A stretch of DNA of 64,000 bases from a virus, in IMG/VR virus record IMGVR_UViG_3300030109_006070, positions 8,030-72,029 of that record. The stretch is one strand, 5' to 3'. The notes beneath the pieces are model-generated. The model searched no databases and was not told the origin of the DNA. It saw nothing but the letters and a program-made list of their open reading frames with translations. Below, piece by piece: positions 39,533 through 49,051 of this stretch. Numbering within the stretch: the stretch's first letter is position 1; each line of letters opens with the position of its first letter. The position numbers and the translations under genes are program-made.

Positions 39533-40731
39533 AAAGCTTATTTAGAGACAAAGTGGACGAAAACAAATATTACATCGCCACCTATCACCTTAAGTCCTCT
39601 CCTTCTTCGACTTTACGCGAAGCTGCATTTAATTTGGCAGTAGGCCAATCGATTGGAAACCCTGCGAAACGAGCAGAAATGGAAACGGAAGAAATGTTTG
39701 AAAATCATGCTTGTATTGTTTTAGCTGATGAATCCGAACTAGAAAAGAAAGTGGAAGGTGATGTTTCTATTGCATTCCCTGAAGCAAATATTGATTTTGC
39801 CACAGACGGTATTTCTCAATTACTTGTGCAAACAATGGGGGGGCAGATGGATATTGACGTAATCGAAAAATGTAGGATGCTTGATATTAAATTTACACCT
39901 ACTATGCTATCGTGCCTTAAGGGTCCAATTATTGGACTTAAAGAAATTAAAGAGCACTGCAAAATTCCTGATGATCAGGTAATTTTAGGAGGAATTACTA
40001 AGCCTAAAATTGGTCTTACTCCTGAATTACATTTAGAGCTAGTGAAAAGACTTGTCGATGGAGGTTGTAACTTTATTAAAGAAGATGAAATCTTATCGGG
40101 AGCTGCTCACTGCCCACTAGAAAAAAGAGTTGAGCTAGTATCTAACTATTTAGCGAATTGCGGATCTCCTGTATTTTATTGTGTTTCCATCCATTCAGAC
40201 CCCGCTTATTTGCTTAAGCGTGTCCAACAAGTATATGACTTAGGAGGTAACGGAATTCATGTAAATTTTCATTGCGGCCTCGGAGCTTATAAATCGATAA
40301 GGGAGACTGAATTACCTCTTTTGATGCATTACCAAAAAAGCGGAGATAGAGTATTAAACCATCATTCTCATCGCTACAGCATTGAACCCTCTTTGATGTT
40401 TAAGCTTGTTTCGTTATCTGGCTGCGGAACCCTTCACGCAGGTATGATTGGAGGCTATCTTGAAAGCGGAGATGAAGAAGTTAAAAATATAATGTCAATT
40501 CTTAACTCTCAAAATTCAGTTCCAGCTTTGAGCTGTGGTATGCACCCAGGTTTAGTTAAACATATCCAAAAAACTGTAGGCCATGCTAACTGGATGGCCA
40601 ATGTTGGAGGAGCAATAACTTCGCACCCTATGGGGACTGCCGCAGGAGCAAGAGCAATGAAACAAGCAATAACAGAAGATTACGGCAAAGAGTTTGGTGT
40701 CGCAGCCACGAAATGGGGAATTGAAATGTGA
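39529..40731 (+). CDS. RuBisCO-like protein (form IV)
   Basis: KPKIGL, FIKEDE, HAG, SCGMH and GGAITSHPMGTAAGARA motifs; carboxylase residues substituted. Confidence 0.9.
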   Translation: MKSLFRDKVDENKYYIATYHLKSSPSSTLREAAFNLAVGQSIGNPAKRAEMETEEMFENHACIVLADESELEKKVEGDVSIAFPEANIDFATDGISQLLVQTMGGQMDIDVIEKCRMLDIKFTPTMLSCLKGPIIGLKEIKEHCKIPDDQVILGGITKPKIGLTPELHLELVKRLVDGGCNFIKEDEILSGAAHCPLEKRVELVSNYLANCGSPVFYCVSIHSDPAYLLKRVQQVYDLGGNGIHVNFHCGLGAYKSIRETELPLLMHYQKSGDRVLNHHSHRYSIEPSLMFKLVSLSGCGTLHAGMIGGYLESGDEEVKNIMSILNSQNSVPALSCGMHPGLVKHIQKTVGHANWMANVGGAITSHPMGTAAGARAMKQAITEDYGKEFGVAATKWGIEM

Positions 40732-40744
40732 GGTTAATATAATT

Positions 40745-41068
40745 ATGAAACTTTTAGATATAGAAGAAATGAAAGGGGGCTGGTTTGTCGGAGACTTTGA
40801 TCCCAGCGCTTATAAAACAAAAGATTTTGAGGTAGGATATAAATTCCACAAAAAGGGCGAGCCTTGGGATAAGCACTATCATGAAAAATGCACTGAAATT
40901 AATTTTTTGATGAAAGGGGTGATGAAGATGCGCGGTCAAATCTTAAAGAGTGGCCAAATATTCATCATGGAACCTTTTGAGGTAGCTGATCCCGAGTTCA
41001 TCGAAGATTGTCATGTAGTTGTTGTCAAAACTAATAGTGAAAAAGGAGACAAAATTTGTGTCGAATGA
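40745..41068 (+). CDS. Cupin-fold protein
   Basis: GGWFVGDF, HYHE..E..KG cupin motif; likely start ATG 40745. Confidence 0.75.
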   Translation: MKLLDIEEMKGGWFVGDFDPSAYKTKDFEVGYKFHKKGEPWDKHYHEKCTEINFLMKGVMKMRGQILKSGQIFIMEPFEVADPEFIEDCHVVVVKTNSEKGDKICVE

Positions 41069-41481
41069 TTGTAATATCACACAGAGGAAACTTATCTGGC
41101 AAAGACCCAGACAACGAAAATAGGCCCGAACAAATTTATAAAGTTTTAAATTTGGGTTACCACTGTGAAGTAGATATTTGGAAAAAAGACGGAGCTTTCT
41201 ACTTGGGCCATGATGAACCCATGTATGAAATAGACTCAAATTTATTGAGCAATAAAAATTTGTGGATTCACGCTAAAAATCTAGAAGCTTTGCACTCTTT
41301 GCCGACAAGCTTAAGATATTTTTGGCATCAAACAGACGACTACACTTTAACATCTGATAATTTTATTTGGACTTTCCCCGACAAAGAAATTTGCGAAAGG
41401 TCAATCATTGTTGATAATAACAAAAACTGGAAAGATAAAAACTATAAATGTTTAGGTGTTTGCACTGATTGGGTTTTATGA
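41065..41481 (+). CDS. Short GDPD/PLC-like phosphodiesterase
   Basis: ISHRGN, EN, EVDIW, LGHD, HAKN, GVCTD. Confidence 0.75.
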   Translation: MIVISHRGNLSGKDPDNENRPEQIYKVLNLGYHCEVDIWKKDGAFYLGHDEPMYEIDSNLLSNKNLWIHAKNLEALHSLPTSLRYFWHQTDDYTLTSDNFIWTFPDKEICERSIIVDNNKNWKDKNYKCLGVCTDWVL

Positions 41482-42323
41482 AAAAAATTGTTGTTACGGG
41501 AGGAGCGGGATTTGTTGGCTCTCATTTATGTAAAAAATTGGTGGATTTAGGTCATCATGTTACATCAATTGATAATTATTCGACAGGATCTTTTAACAAT
41601 CATGTAACAGGAGCTTTTTATTTTAACCGAGATATTTCTAATATGAAGGAAATTTCGGGACTCTTTGAGAATGTAGATGTTGTTTTTCATTTGGCTGCTC
41701 TTGCTCGTATACAGCCCTCTTTTCATTTTCCCTCTGAATACTTTCAGTCAAACGTGCAGGGGACTTTTAATTTATGTGAAATTTGCAAAAAAAATAATAT
41801 TTCCATAATTTTTTCAGGTTCTTCCTCCCACCATAGCGGTAAGTTTAAAAATCCTTATACGTTCATGAAAGACGTTTCCGAGGAAATGCTGATTTTGTAT
41901 CATAAAATATATGGCCTAAATCAATCTATCGCTAGATTTTATAATGTTTATGGCCCGAATCACATAGAAGTCGGTGAATATTCTACAGTTATAGCTAGAT
42001 GGGATAAAGCTCATAGAGAAAAAAAATCAATTACTATTTATGGGGACGGGAGCAAGGAAAGAGATTTTACTCATGTCGAAGATATTGTAGAAGGATTAAT
42101 TAAAATATGGCAAACTCAAAGCTATGGGCACACTTTTGAATTAGGCAGAGGTAGAAAATTTTCTTTAAAGGAAGTTGCGGAGATGTATAGACCTTCTTTT
42201 GGAATTGTATATGAACCAGACAAAAAAGGAGAAGCGCAAAGCGTTCTGTGCGATAGCTCTTTAGCGAAGCAAATCTTGAACTGGGAACCTAGATTTAATT
42301 TAGAAGATTGGATTTTAAAATGA
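41478..42323 (+). CDS. NAD-dependent sugar epimerase/dehydratase
   Basis: TGGAGFVG, HLAA, PYTFMK (YxxxK), YNVYGP, RDFTHV. Confidence 0.9.
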   Translation: MKKIVVTGGAGFVGSHLCKKLVDLGHHVTSIDNYSTGSFNNHVTGAFYFNRDISNMKEISGLFENVDVVFHLAALARIQPSFHFPSEYFQSNVQGTFNLCEICKKNNISIIFSGSSSHHSGKFKNPYTFMKDVSEEMLILYHKIYGLNQSIARFYNVYGPNHIEVGEYSTVIARWDKAHREKKSITIYGDGSKERDFTHVEDIVEGLIKIWQTQSYGHTFELGRGRKFSLKEVAEMYRPSFGIVYEPDKKGEAQSVLCDSSLAKQILNWEPRFNLEDWILK

Positions 42324-43369
42324 AAAAAATTATTATTACAGGAGTAACGGGTCAAGATGGTAGCCTTATGGCAGACTATCTTTTAAAAAACACAAAACAC
42401 ACAATTATTGGTGGAGCTAGGAGGCTTAGTGTTAAAAATCACAAAAATATCAAACATCTGGAAGACAATGAAAGATTTTTTCTTATAGACCTCGATGTAA
42501 CAGACCCTCAAAATACAGACAGGGTTTTGGCTGAACATAAGCCTGATTATTTTATTAATTTTGCGGCCAACTCTTTTGTAGGTAGCAGTTGGGAAATGCC
42601 GACTCAACACATGCAAACAAATGCGATGGCTGTATTGCATCAGCTAGAGGCCATTCGTAGACACGCTCCGAAGTGCCGATATTACAACGCTGGTAGCTCT
42701 GAAGAGTTTGGTGATGTTGTAGAGTCTCCACAGACAGAATCTCATCCACTGCGCCCTAGAAGCCCATATGGAGCCTCTAAATGCGCCGCTAGACATTTAG
42801 TTAAAGTCTATAGAGATTCTTACAATATTTACGCTGTACAAGGCTTTTTATTTAATCATGAAGGAGTCAGAAGGGGGGAAGAGTTCGTTACTCGTAAAAT
42901 TACTAAAAATGTAGCTAGAATTCTCGTAGAGTATGAAACAGGACAAGTTACAAAACCACTAGAATTGGGTAATCTTGACTCCAAAAGAGATTGGAGCGAT
43001 GCAGAAGATTTCGTAAGAGGTATATGGCTGATGCTCAATCAAAACAGAGAAAACGCAAAAGATTATGTTTTATCTTCTAATGAAACGCATACAATTAGAG
43101 AATTTGTAGAAGAAGCTTTCAACTTTGCTGGTTTTCATAGGAGCATCTGTCGATGGGACGGTGAAGGTTTAGAAGAAAAATACTTTCATGGTCGTGACCT
43201 TCTTGTAGAAATTAATAAAGACTTTTACAGACCAGCGGAAGTTGATTTATTGTGGGGAGACTCTAAAAAAGCTCGCGAAGAGCTTGGTTGGGAACCTAAA
43301 ACCTCTTTTGTCCAATTGATCAAAAAAATGATTGACGTAGATGTGGCGGCGGTTTACCCTTACCCGTGA
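42320..43369 (+). CDS. gmd: GDP-mannose 4,6-dehydratase
   Basis: TGVTGQDGS, SSEEFG, PRSPYGASK, FNHE, FVTRKIT, RDW, RPAEVD. Confidence 0.95.
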   Translation: MKKIIITGVTGQDGSLMADYLLKNTKHTIIGGARRLSVKNHKNIKHLEDNERFFLIDLDVTDPQNTDRVLAEHKPDYFINFAANSFVGSSWEMPTQHMQTNAMAVLHQLEAIRRHAPKCRYYNAGSSEEFGDVVESPQTESHPLRPRSPYGASKCAARHLVKVYRDSYNIYAVQGFLFNHEGVRRGEEFVTRKITKNVARILVEYETGQVTKPLELGNLDSKRDWSDAEDFVRGIWLMLNQNRENAKDYVLSSNETHTIREFVEEAFNFAGFHRSICRWDGEGLEEKYFHGRDLLVEINKDFYRPAEVDLLWGDSKKAREELGWEPKTSFVQLIKKMIDVDVAAVYPYP

Positions 43370-43713
43370 GCAAGTCCAAAGGCCCTAATAAAAGAGAAAT
43401 ATTATTTCGCTTACTAGAGGTTCCCGACAAAGGCAGAAGGCCTTTTTTCGCTAGAGAGATGAAGATGCTCAACGATTTGTGTGAGCGCTATTCTCAAGAA
43501 TTTATGGCGATTGTATCTTTTAGCAAGAAGTTTGACTCTTTAGCTTACCTTGTCAGCGACAAGCTTAAAAAGAGGCTCGACGAAAAATATAGAGCTTTCA
43601 ATTTTAAAGTTGACTTGTCTAAATATAAGACCTATAATATAGGCAAGAAGGTGGGGGCTGATGGAAATGTTACCCGCAAAAATAAAACTATAAAAGATTT
43701 TTTAAATGAGTGA
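43366..43713 (+). CDS. Hypothetical protein
   Basis: 115 aa, GTG start overlapping gmd stop. Confidence 0.55.
   Translation: MSKSKGPNKREILFRLLEVPDKGRRPFFAREMKMLNDLCERYSQEFMAIVSFSKKFDSLAYLVSDKLKKRLDEKYRAFNFKVDLSKYKTYNIGKKVGADGNVTRKNKTIKDFLNE
43610..43638 (+). promoter_or_regulatory. sigma70-type promoter upstream of the recA/replication operon
   Basis: TTGACT-N17-TATAAT. Confidence 0.7.
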
Positions 43714-44815
43714 AGGACCACAACCAAACGATATTCTAGGTAATTTTTTGAAATCAAATAAAACGGATCATTACAATTTTGAGAAAGAGGTTGATTACAA
43801 AGTTTCTAGCGGCTCTTTGCAGTTCGACTTAAACATGAACGGAGGTTTTGGGCCTGGGTTACATCGTTTCACTGGCCTTACAGAAGGGGGCAAAACTTCT
43901 GAAGCTTTAGAGGTTATGAAAAATTTTCTAAACACCGTGGAAAAACCGAGGGGCTTATATATCAAAGCTGAAGGAAGGCTCTCTCCAGAGGTAAGAAAGA
44001 GATCAGGTGTAAAGTTTGTGTGGTCAGCAGACGAATGGGTAGACGGCACTTGTTTTGTTTTAGAGACAAATATTTATGAAACAGCAATGACCTGCATCAA
44101 ACAACTAATAGATGATGTAAAAAACCCACAAAAATATTGTTTTATATTAGACTCTGTTGATGGTTTAACAGCCAAAAATGACACCGCTAAAGGTTTTGAT
44201 GAGTTTGCTAAAATAGCTTCTGGAGCTTCTATCGCGGCTAGATGGTGTGCTCAAACCAGTATCGCTTTGGGCAAAAGAGGCCATATGGCGATATTTATCA
44301 GTCAAGTTAGATCGCAAATGAAAGATAAGTATTCTAAAGAGCCTGATAATGTAGGGCTGGCTACAGGAGGATATGCTTTACAGCATTACGCTAATACTTG
44401 TATTCAATTTCAACCTAGAATTAAAGCAGATTTGATTCTGCAAAACCCTAGTTTGAAAGCTATCGATGAGAAAAAAAACCCTATCATTGGACACTTCGCG
44501 AAAGTGTTGATAGCTAAATCTCCTAATGAAAAATCAAATGTAAGATTATCTTATCCTGTAAGATATAACAGATCGGGAGGCAATTCCATCTGGATTGAAA
44601 AAGAAATTGTGGACTTGTTATACGCTTGGGAGTTTGTGGAAAAGAAAGGGTCTTGGATTAAACCTACTGAAGATTTTCTAGACCTGTTAAAAGAAAACAA
44701 ATTAGACTTTCCAGAACAAATACAGGGTGATAATAATCTTTTTAAAGTTCTTGATGAAAACCGTGATCTTTGTGATTTTTTGATGAAGTATTTCAAAGAG
44801 CAAATTGCAGCATGA
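43706..44815 (+). CDS. recA: RecA/UvsX-like recombinase
   Basis: SSGS..D, Walker A GLTEGGKT, LDSV, ISQVR, TGGYALQHYA. Confidence 0.88.
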   Translation: MSEGPQPNDILGNFLKSNKTDHYNFEKEVDYKVSSGSLQFDLNMNGGFGPGLHRFTGLTEGGKTSEALEVMKNFLNTVEKPRGLYIKAEGRLSPEVRKRSGVKFVWSADEWVDGTCFVLETNIYETAMTCIKQLIDDVKNPQKYCFILDSVDGLTAKNDTAKGFDEFAKIASGASIAARWCAQTSIALGKRGHMAIFISQVRSQMKDKYSKEPDNVGLATGGYALQHYANTCIQFQPRIKADLILQNPSLKAIDEKKNPIIGHFAKVLIAKSPNEKSNVRLSYPVRYNRSGGNSIWIEKEIVDLLYAWEFVEKKGSWIKPTEDFLDLLKENKLDFPEQIQGDNNLFKVLDENRDLCDFLMKYFKEQIAA

Positions 44816-45219
44816 AGTTTATTGATCGATATGGAAAAGAAAGAAATCTCAAAAACGCAAAGAAATATTTAATTGATTGGGACAAGCCCAGTAGGAGCAA
44901 GTTCCAAACAAACGTAAAAAAATTCCTGCGATTATATTGGGAGAATGATATTGTGTTTGAAGAGTTTAGAGTTGTCGGCAGCAGATTGACTTTGGATTTC
45001 TACAATGCTAATAAAAAAATAGCCGTGGAAGTTCAAGGCGCTCAACATACTAAATTCGTTAAACACTTTCATAAAAATCATTTTAAATATGCCGATCAAC
45101 TCAAAAGAGACGAGCAAAAATTAAATTTCTGCCAAGCAAACAAAATACAACTAGCTGAAGTTTATCCACAAGACGAAATACAAGCATCTTTATTTAGCGA
45201 ACAAGATATTTATTTATGA
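44812..45219 (+). CDS. DUF559/Vsr-like PD-(D/E)xK endonuclease
   Basis: LDFY..IAVEVQGAQH..RD..K motif. Confidence 0.7.
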   Translation: MKFIDRYGKERNLKNAKKYLIDWDKPSRSKFQTNVKKFLRLYWENDIVFEEFRVVGSRLTLDFYNANKKIAVEVQGAQHTKFVKHFHKNHFKYADQLKRDEQKLNFCQANKIQLAEVYPQDEIQASLFSEQDIYL

Positions 45220-45458
45220 ATTTACCAGAAGGAAGTGAAGAGGGGGAATTTTGTATCCCTACAGAAATGGTTGATAAGCTTTATGAATTATCTGGAGGAG
45301 CTGATAAATATAAAGGTGTGATTATGGCTGTGTCTTCTGAAAATGGTAAGCCACTTATCTATTGTAAATTTGACTGCGGTATGACAGAGTTTGCCTTAAC
45401 AAAAGCTTTAGAAAATCATTTCACCCAACCATCTACCGAGTTACCAGATCCAGAATAA
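45216..45458 (+). CDS. Hypothetical protein
   Basis: 80 aa, translationally coupled at both ends. Confidence 0.55.
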   Translation: MNLPEGSEEGEFCIPTEMVDKLYELSGGADKYKGVIMAVSSENGKPLIYCKFDCGMTEFALTKALENHFTQPSTELPDPE

Positions 45459-46975
45459 TGATATATAATTTTGAATTAGAAAAACAGTTATTAGCTGGAC
45501 TACTTAAAGAGCCAGAAAGTCTTGCGGAAATTTCTAATTTTATTAGCAATTCTGATTTTTACTCTAAGCAAAGCTCTCTGCACTCTGCTATTTTTAGAAT
45601 AATCCAACAAGCCATTGATGCTGGCGACGAAATTGACGAAATCATTATCGCTCAACGAGTGAACGATGTCGGGCTATCTTTTGAGGACAATCTTAATCCT
45701 TCAGATTACATTAAGTCTTTATCTTTAAGAAAAGTTCCCAAAGGTAATATATTAAAAACAGCTAAAGAGCTTAAGAAATACAGCATAAGGAGAGAAATTT
45801 TAGAATCTTCTCAAGAGATAGCGAAGAAGATGAAAAGTATTTCTCCTGAATCTTCATATAGGGATATCATCGAAGTCGCTGATAATGTTTATAATTCTCG
45901 TATTAACCTTTATGAAATAGGAAACGATACTCCAGAGAATATTTATGAAGAAATGGAGGCTCTCGTCGAAGAGCGCGGCGATAATCCTGTAACAGAATTC
46001 GGGATGATGGGGCCGCATCCAAAAGTTAATGATATTTATGGATCTCTTCTTAGGGCTGGAAACATCACGGTTATTGTAGCTCGTTCGGGAGTGGGCAAAA
46101 CACAGTTTTGCATGGATTACTCGACTAAGGTCAGCTTGCAGTATGATGTGCCTGTTTTACATTTTGATAATGGCGAGATGAGTAAAGAAGAACTTATAAT
46201 GAGACAGTGCGCGGCTCTATCAGGCGTTCCTATGCACTTGTTGGAAAGCGGTAAATGGAGACAAGCTGGAGAAAATGTGGTCGATAAAGTAAGATCTGTA
46301 TGGCCAAAGATAAAAAATCTAAAGTTTTATTATTATAATGTAGGAGGCATGGATGTTGATTCTATGGTAAATACTTTGAAAAGATTTTACTATGCGAAAG
46401 TAGGCAGGGGGAATCAAATGGTTTTTTCTTTTGATTATATTAAGACTACATCGGAAAACATCTCCAACAAATCAGAGTGGCAAGTAGTCGGAGAAATGGT
46501 GGATAAATTTAAAAAGTGTGTTCAAAAAGAAATCCTTCATGACGGCAATCCAGTGATACCTATGATCACATCTGTTCAATCTAACAGATATGGTATCACA
46601 ACAAACAGAAACTCTGAAAACATAGTGGACGATGAATCTATTGTTTCATTGTCAGATAGAATCACTCAATTCTGCTCTCATATGTTTATTTTGCGGAGTA
46701 AAACTGCTGATGAAATGGAGACAGAAGGCGGGAGGTTTGGCACTCATAAGCTTATTAATGTGAAAGCTCGTCACTTAGGTAGCGACATCGCGGGTGCAGT
46801 TGAGCCAGTAAGAATAGGAGATTCTTTAAGAAAAAATGCTATTAATTTAGATTTTAATAATTTTAATATTACAGAACGCGGAGATCTTAGAGATATTGCT
46901 CGCGTTCTAGATGGTCACGAAGAGTTAGATAATGATGGAGTCCAAGAAACAATCCCAGACTTTGATCAATTCTGA
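45458..46975 (+). CDS. dnaB: Replicative DnaB-like helicase
   Basis: DnaB N-domain, ARSGVGKT, GEM, FDY, QSNR motifs. Confidence 0.9.
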   Translation: MIYNFELEKQLLAGLLKEPESLAEISNFISNSDFYSKQSSLHSAIFRIIQQAIDAGDEIDEIIIAQRVNDVGLSFEDNLNPSDYIKSLSLRKVPKGNILKTAKELKKYSIRREILESSQEIAKKMKSISPESSYRDIIEVADNVYNSRINLYEIGNDTPENIYEEMEALVEERGDNPVTEFGMMGPHPKVNDIYGSLLRAGNITVIVARSGVGKTQFCMDYSTKVSLQYDVPVLHFDNGEMSKEELIMRQCAALSGVPMHLLESGKWRQAGENVVDKVRSVWPKIKNLKFYYYNVGGMDVDSMVNTLKRFYYAKVGRGNQMVFSFDYIKTTSENISNKSEWQVVGEMVDKFKKCVQKEILHDGNPVIPMITSVQSNRYGITTNRNSENIVDDESIVSLSDRITQFCSHMFILRSKTADEMETEGGRFGTHKLINVKARHLGSDIAGAVEPVRIGDSLRKNAINLDFNNFNITERGDLRDIARVLDGHEELDNDGVQETIPDFDQF

Positions 46976-48002
46976 AGACTTCCAAGGAATCTTGGAGTCG
47001 ATAGGTTATAGCCTTATAGATTGCGGGGATCATTGGAGAACTCAAGCTTTGTATAGAGACGGAGATAACAACACTGCGGTTAAGATATACAAAAACACTG
47101 GGGTTTGGATGGATTTTGTGGAAAACAAAGGCTCTAAACCTTTTGAAGCTTTAATACGCCTGACCCTTAAAGATCAAAAACAAATAGAAGAAATTTTAGC
47201 CAATTCTTCCACAAACACAGTAACTACTTATTGCCCTAACGAAAAAATTCAAATGGAGAAAATTTACCCAAACTCTTCTTTAGAGAAATTATTCCCTAAC
47301 TATAACTTTTATAAGAAAAGAAACATTTCGGAAAAAACCCAAAAAACTTTTGAAGTAGGTTTAGCGGGAGTGGGAAAGATGTATAGAAGAATGGTTTTCC
47401 CTGTGTATAATGAACATGACCAAATTATCGGCTTTTCAGGAAGGAAAGTTGATGACAATAATGATTATCCTAAATGGAAACATATAGGTAAGCGTAACAA
47501 TTGGGTTTATCCAGCTTTTAATAAAAATACTGGCGTAGATGAAGAAATTAATTTAAAAAAAGAAGTAATTTTAGTAGAAAGTATAGGTGATGCATTGGCT
47601 CTTTACGAACAAAATATCAAGAATGTTCTTGTCATTTTTGGCTTATCTGTCAATAATAACATTATTAATTATCTTAGTGGTAGGTCTATCACTCATATAT
47701 ATATTTCAACAAATAATGATGAGAATAGTGGGTACAATAGAGGGTTTATTGCAGCGTTAAAGAGTTTCTTGAAACTCTCTAATTACTTTGATCTTAATGC
47801 TTTAAGTGTAAAATTTCCCCCAAAGGCGTATAATGATTTTGGTGATGCTCATTTAGATGATTGTGACATTAAGAAATATTGGTGTGAAAAATCAATAGAT
47901 CAAGATGCACAGCTAAAATTTATTTGCGATTTTGTTAAAAACAACTCTTCAAGTTTCACTAAAAAAGAAATAAAGACCGCTTTATTACTTAGTGATGACT
48001 GA
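46932..48002 (+). CDS. dnaG: DNA primase (TOPRIM)
   Basis: RMVFPV..IIGFSGR, PKW, LVESIGDAL, NDFGD; follows helicase. Confidence 0.8.
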   Translation: MMESKKQSQTLINSEDFQGILESIGYSLIDCGDHWRTQALYRDGDNNTAVKIYKNTGVWMDFVENKGSKPFEALIRLTLKDQKQIEEILANSSTNTVTTYCPNEKIQMEKIYPNSSLEKLFPNYNFYKKRNISEKTQKTFEVGLAGVGKMYRRMVFPVYNEHDQIIGFSGRKVDDNNDYPKWKHIGKRNNWVYPAFNKNTGVDEEINLKKEVILVESIGDALALYEQNIKNVLVIFGLSVNNNIINYLSGRSITHIYISTNNDENSGYNRGFIAALKSFLKLSNYFDLNALSVKFPPKAYNDFGDAHLDDCDIKKYWCEKSIDQDAQLKFICDFVKNNSSSFTKKEIKTALLLSDD

Positions 48003-49020
48003 TCCTCAAACACCTTTATCTGCGAGTAGAATTAAGACAGCGCAATCGTGCTCTTGGTTGTATTGGTGCAAATATAAGCTCGGTCTCCCCGAAAAAGGAA
48101 ATGATGGCGCTCGCAGAGGATCAATATGTCACCTCATCTTTGAAGTTCTCGGAGTTAAAAAGAGAAAAAAATATTTTAATAAAATTATAAAGACTCAAGA
48201 TGTCTTTTGTATTCCGTCTATTAAAAGGTTAATTTTAAAACATGCGGTAAGAGAAGGTATTGATGACCATGACAACGTAGAGCTAATGAAAGATATGATC
48301 TTCAACGGCTTGTCTTATGATTTTTTTGGAGGAGACTCATCCAAGCCTACAAAAGAATACTCTGAAAAAGATTTTGAGATAGTCAAAAACGATGGAGATG
48401 TAAGATACAAAATAAGAGGTTTCATAGATAAGCTTTTCTTGTATAAAAGCGAAAAATTTGCTCTTATAAGAGATTTTAAAACAAGCAAAGACGTTTTTAA
48501 AGGTAAAGATCAAACGGATAATCTGCAAGATTTGATGTATAGTTTGGCAGTGCAAAAACTTTTCCCAGATTACTCTAATAGAATAAGTGAGTTTTTATTT
48601 TTAAAGTTCGATTTAGACCTTGATGCTTCTAAATCTGGGATTGTTAGAATGAAACCTTTAGACCCTGACGAGTTAAAAGGTTTTGAACTACAACTTTCAG
48701 AAATACAAAAGTATTTAGATAATTTTTCAGAGAGAGACGCTAAATATAATTTTGCCGCTTACCAAAGCTTCCCTAAAGATGGATCTTTTAGCGGTAAGCT
48801 CCTTTGTGGTTTCGCTACTCAAAAAGGAGAATTAAAAAAAGACGGCTCCCCTAAGTGGCACTGTCCTATGAAGTTTGATTTCTTTTACTACGAAGTTTAT
48901 GACGCAGAAGGAAAGACTTTGAAAAGTTATTTTGAAGAGGATTTTTCAGAAAGCTTTGTCCCCGATGGAGGATCATATGAGATGAGATATTATCAAGGCT
49001 GTCCCGCACATTCTTCTTGA
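47995..49020 (+). CDS. Cas4/RecB-like PD-(D/E)xK exonuclease
   Basis: LSASRI..C, GSICH, RGFID, DFKTSK, Q..MY and C-terminal cysteines. Confidence 0.8.
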   Translation: MTDPQTPLSASRIKTAQSCSWLYWCKYKLGLPEKGNDGARRGSICHLIFEVLGVKKRKKYFNKIIKTQDVFCIPSIKRLILKHAVREGIDDHDNVELMKDMIFNGLSYDFFGGDSSKPTKEYSEKDFEIVKNDGDVRYKIRGFIDKLFLYKSEKFALIRDFKTSKDVFKGKDQTDNLQDLMYSLAVQKLFPDYSNRISEFLFLKFDLDLDASKSGIVRMKPLDPDELKGFELQLSEIQKYLDNFSERDAKYNFAAYQSFPKDGSFSGKLLCGFATQKGELKKDGSPKWHCPMKFDFFYYEVYDAEGKTLKSYFEEDFSESFVPDGGSYEMRYYQGCPAHSS

Positions 49021-49044
49021 CCTTTTTGGTAAGTGCTCTACAGT
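49017..49044 (+). promoter_or_regulatory. sigma70-type promoter for polymerase genes (near-leaderless)
   Basis: TTGACC-N16-TACAGT; ATG follows 7 nt later. Confidence 0.5.
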
Positions 49045-49051
49045 ATTATTA

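Noticed and set aside
39529-40731. Viral carbon-fixing RuBisCO
   Set aside because: Residues needed for carboxylation (E60, N123, H294, K334 equivalents) appear substituted; no small subunit or phosphoribulokinase present.
47995-49020. CRISPR-Cas system
   Set aside because: Solo Cas4-like nuclease in a replication operon; no cas1/cas2 or repeat-spacer array seen.
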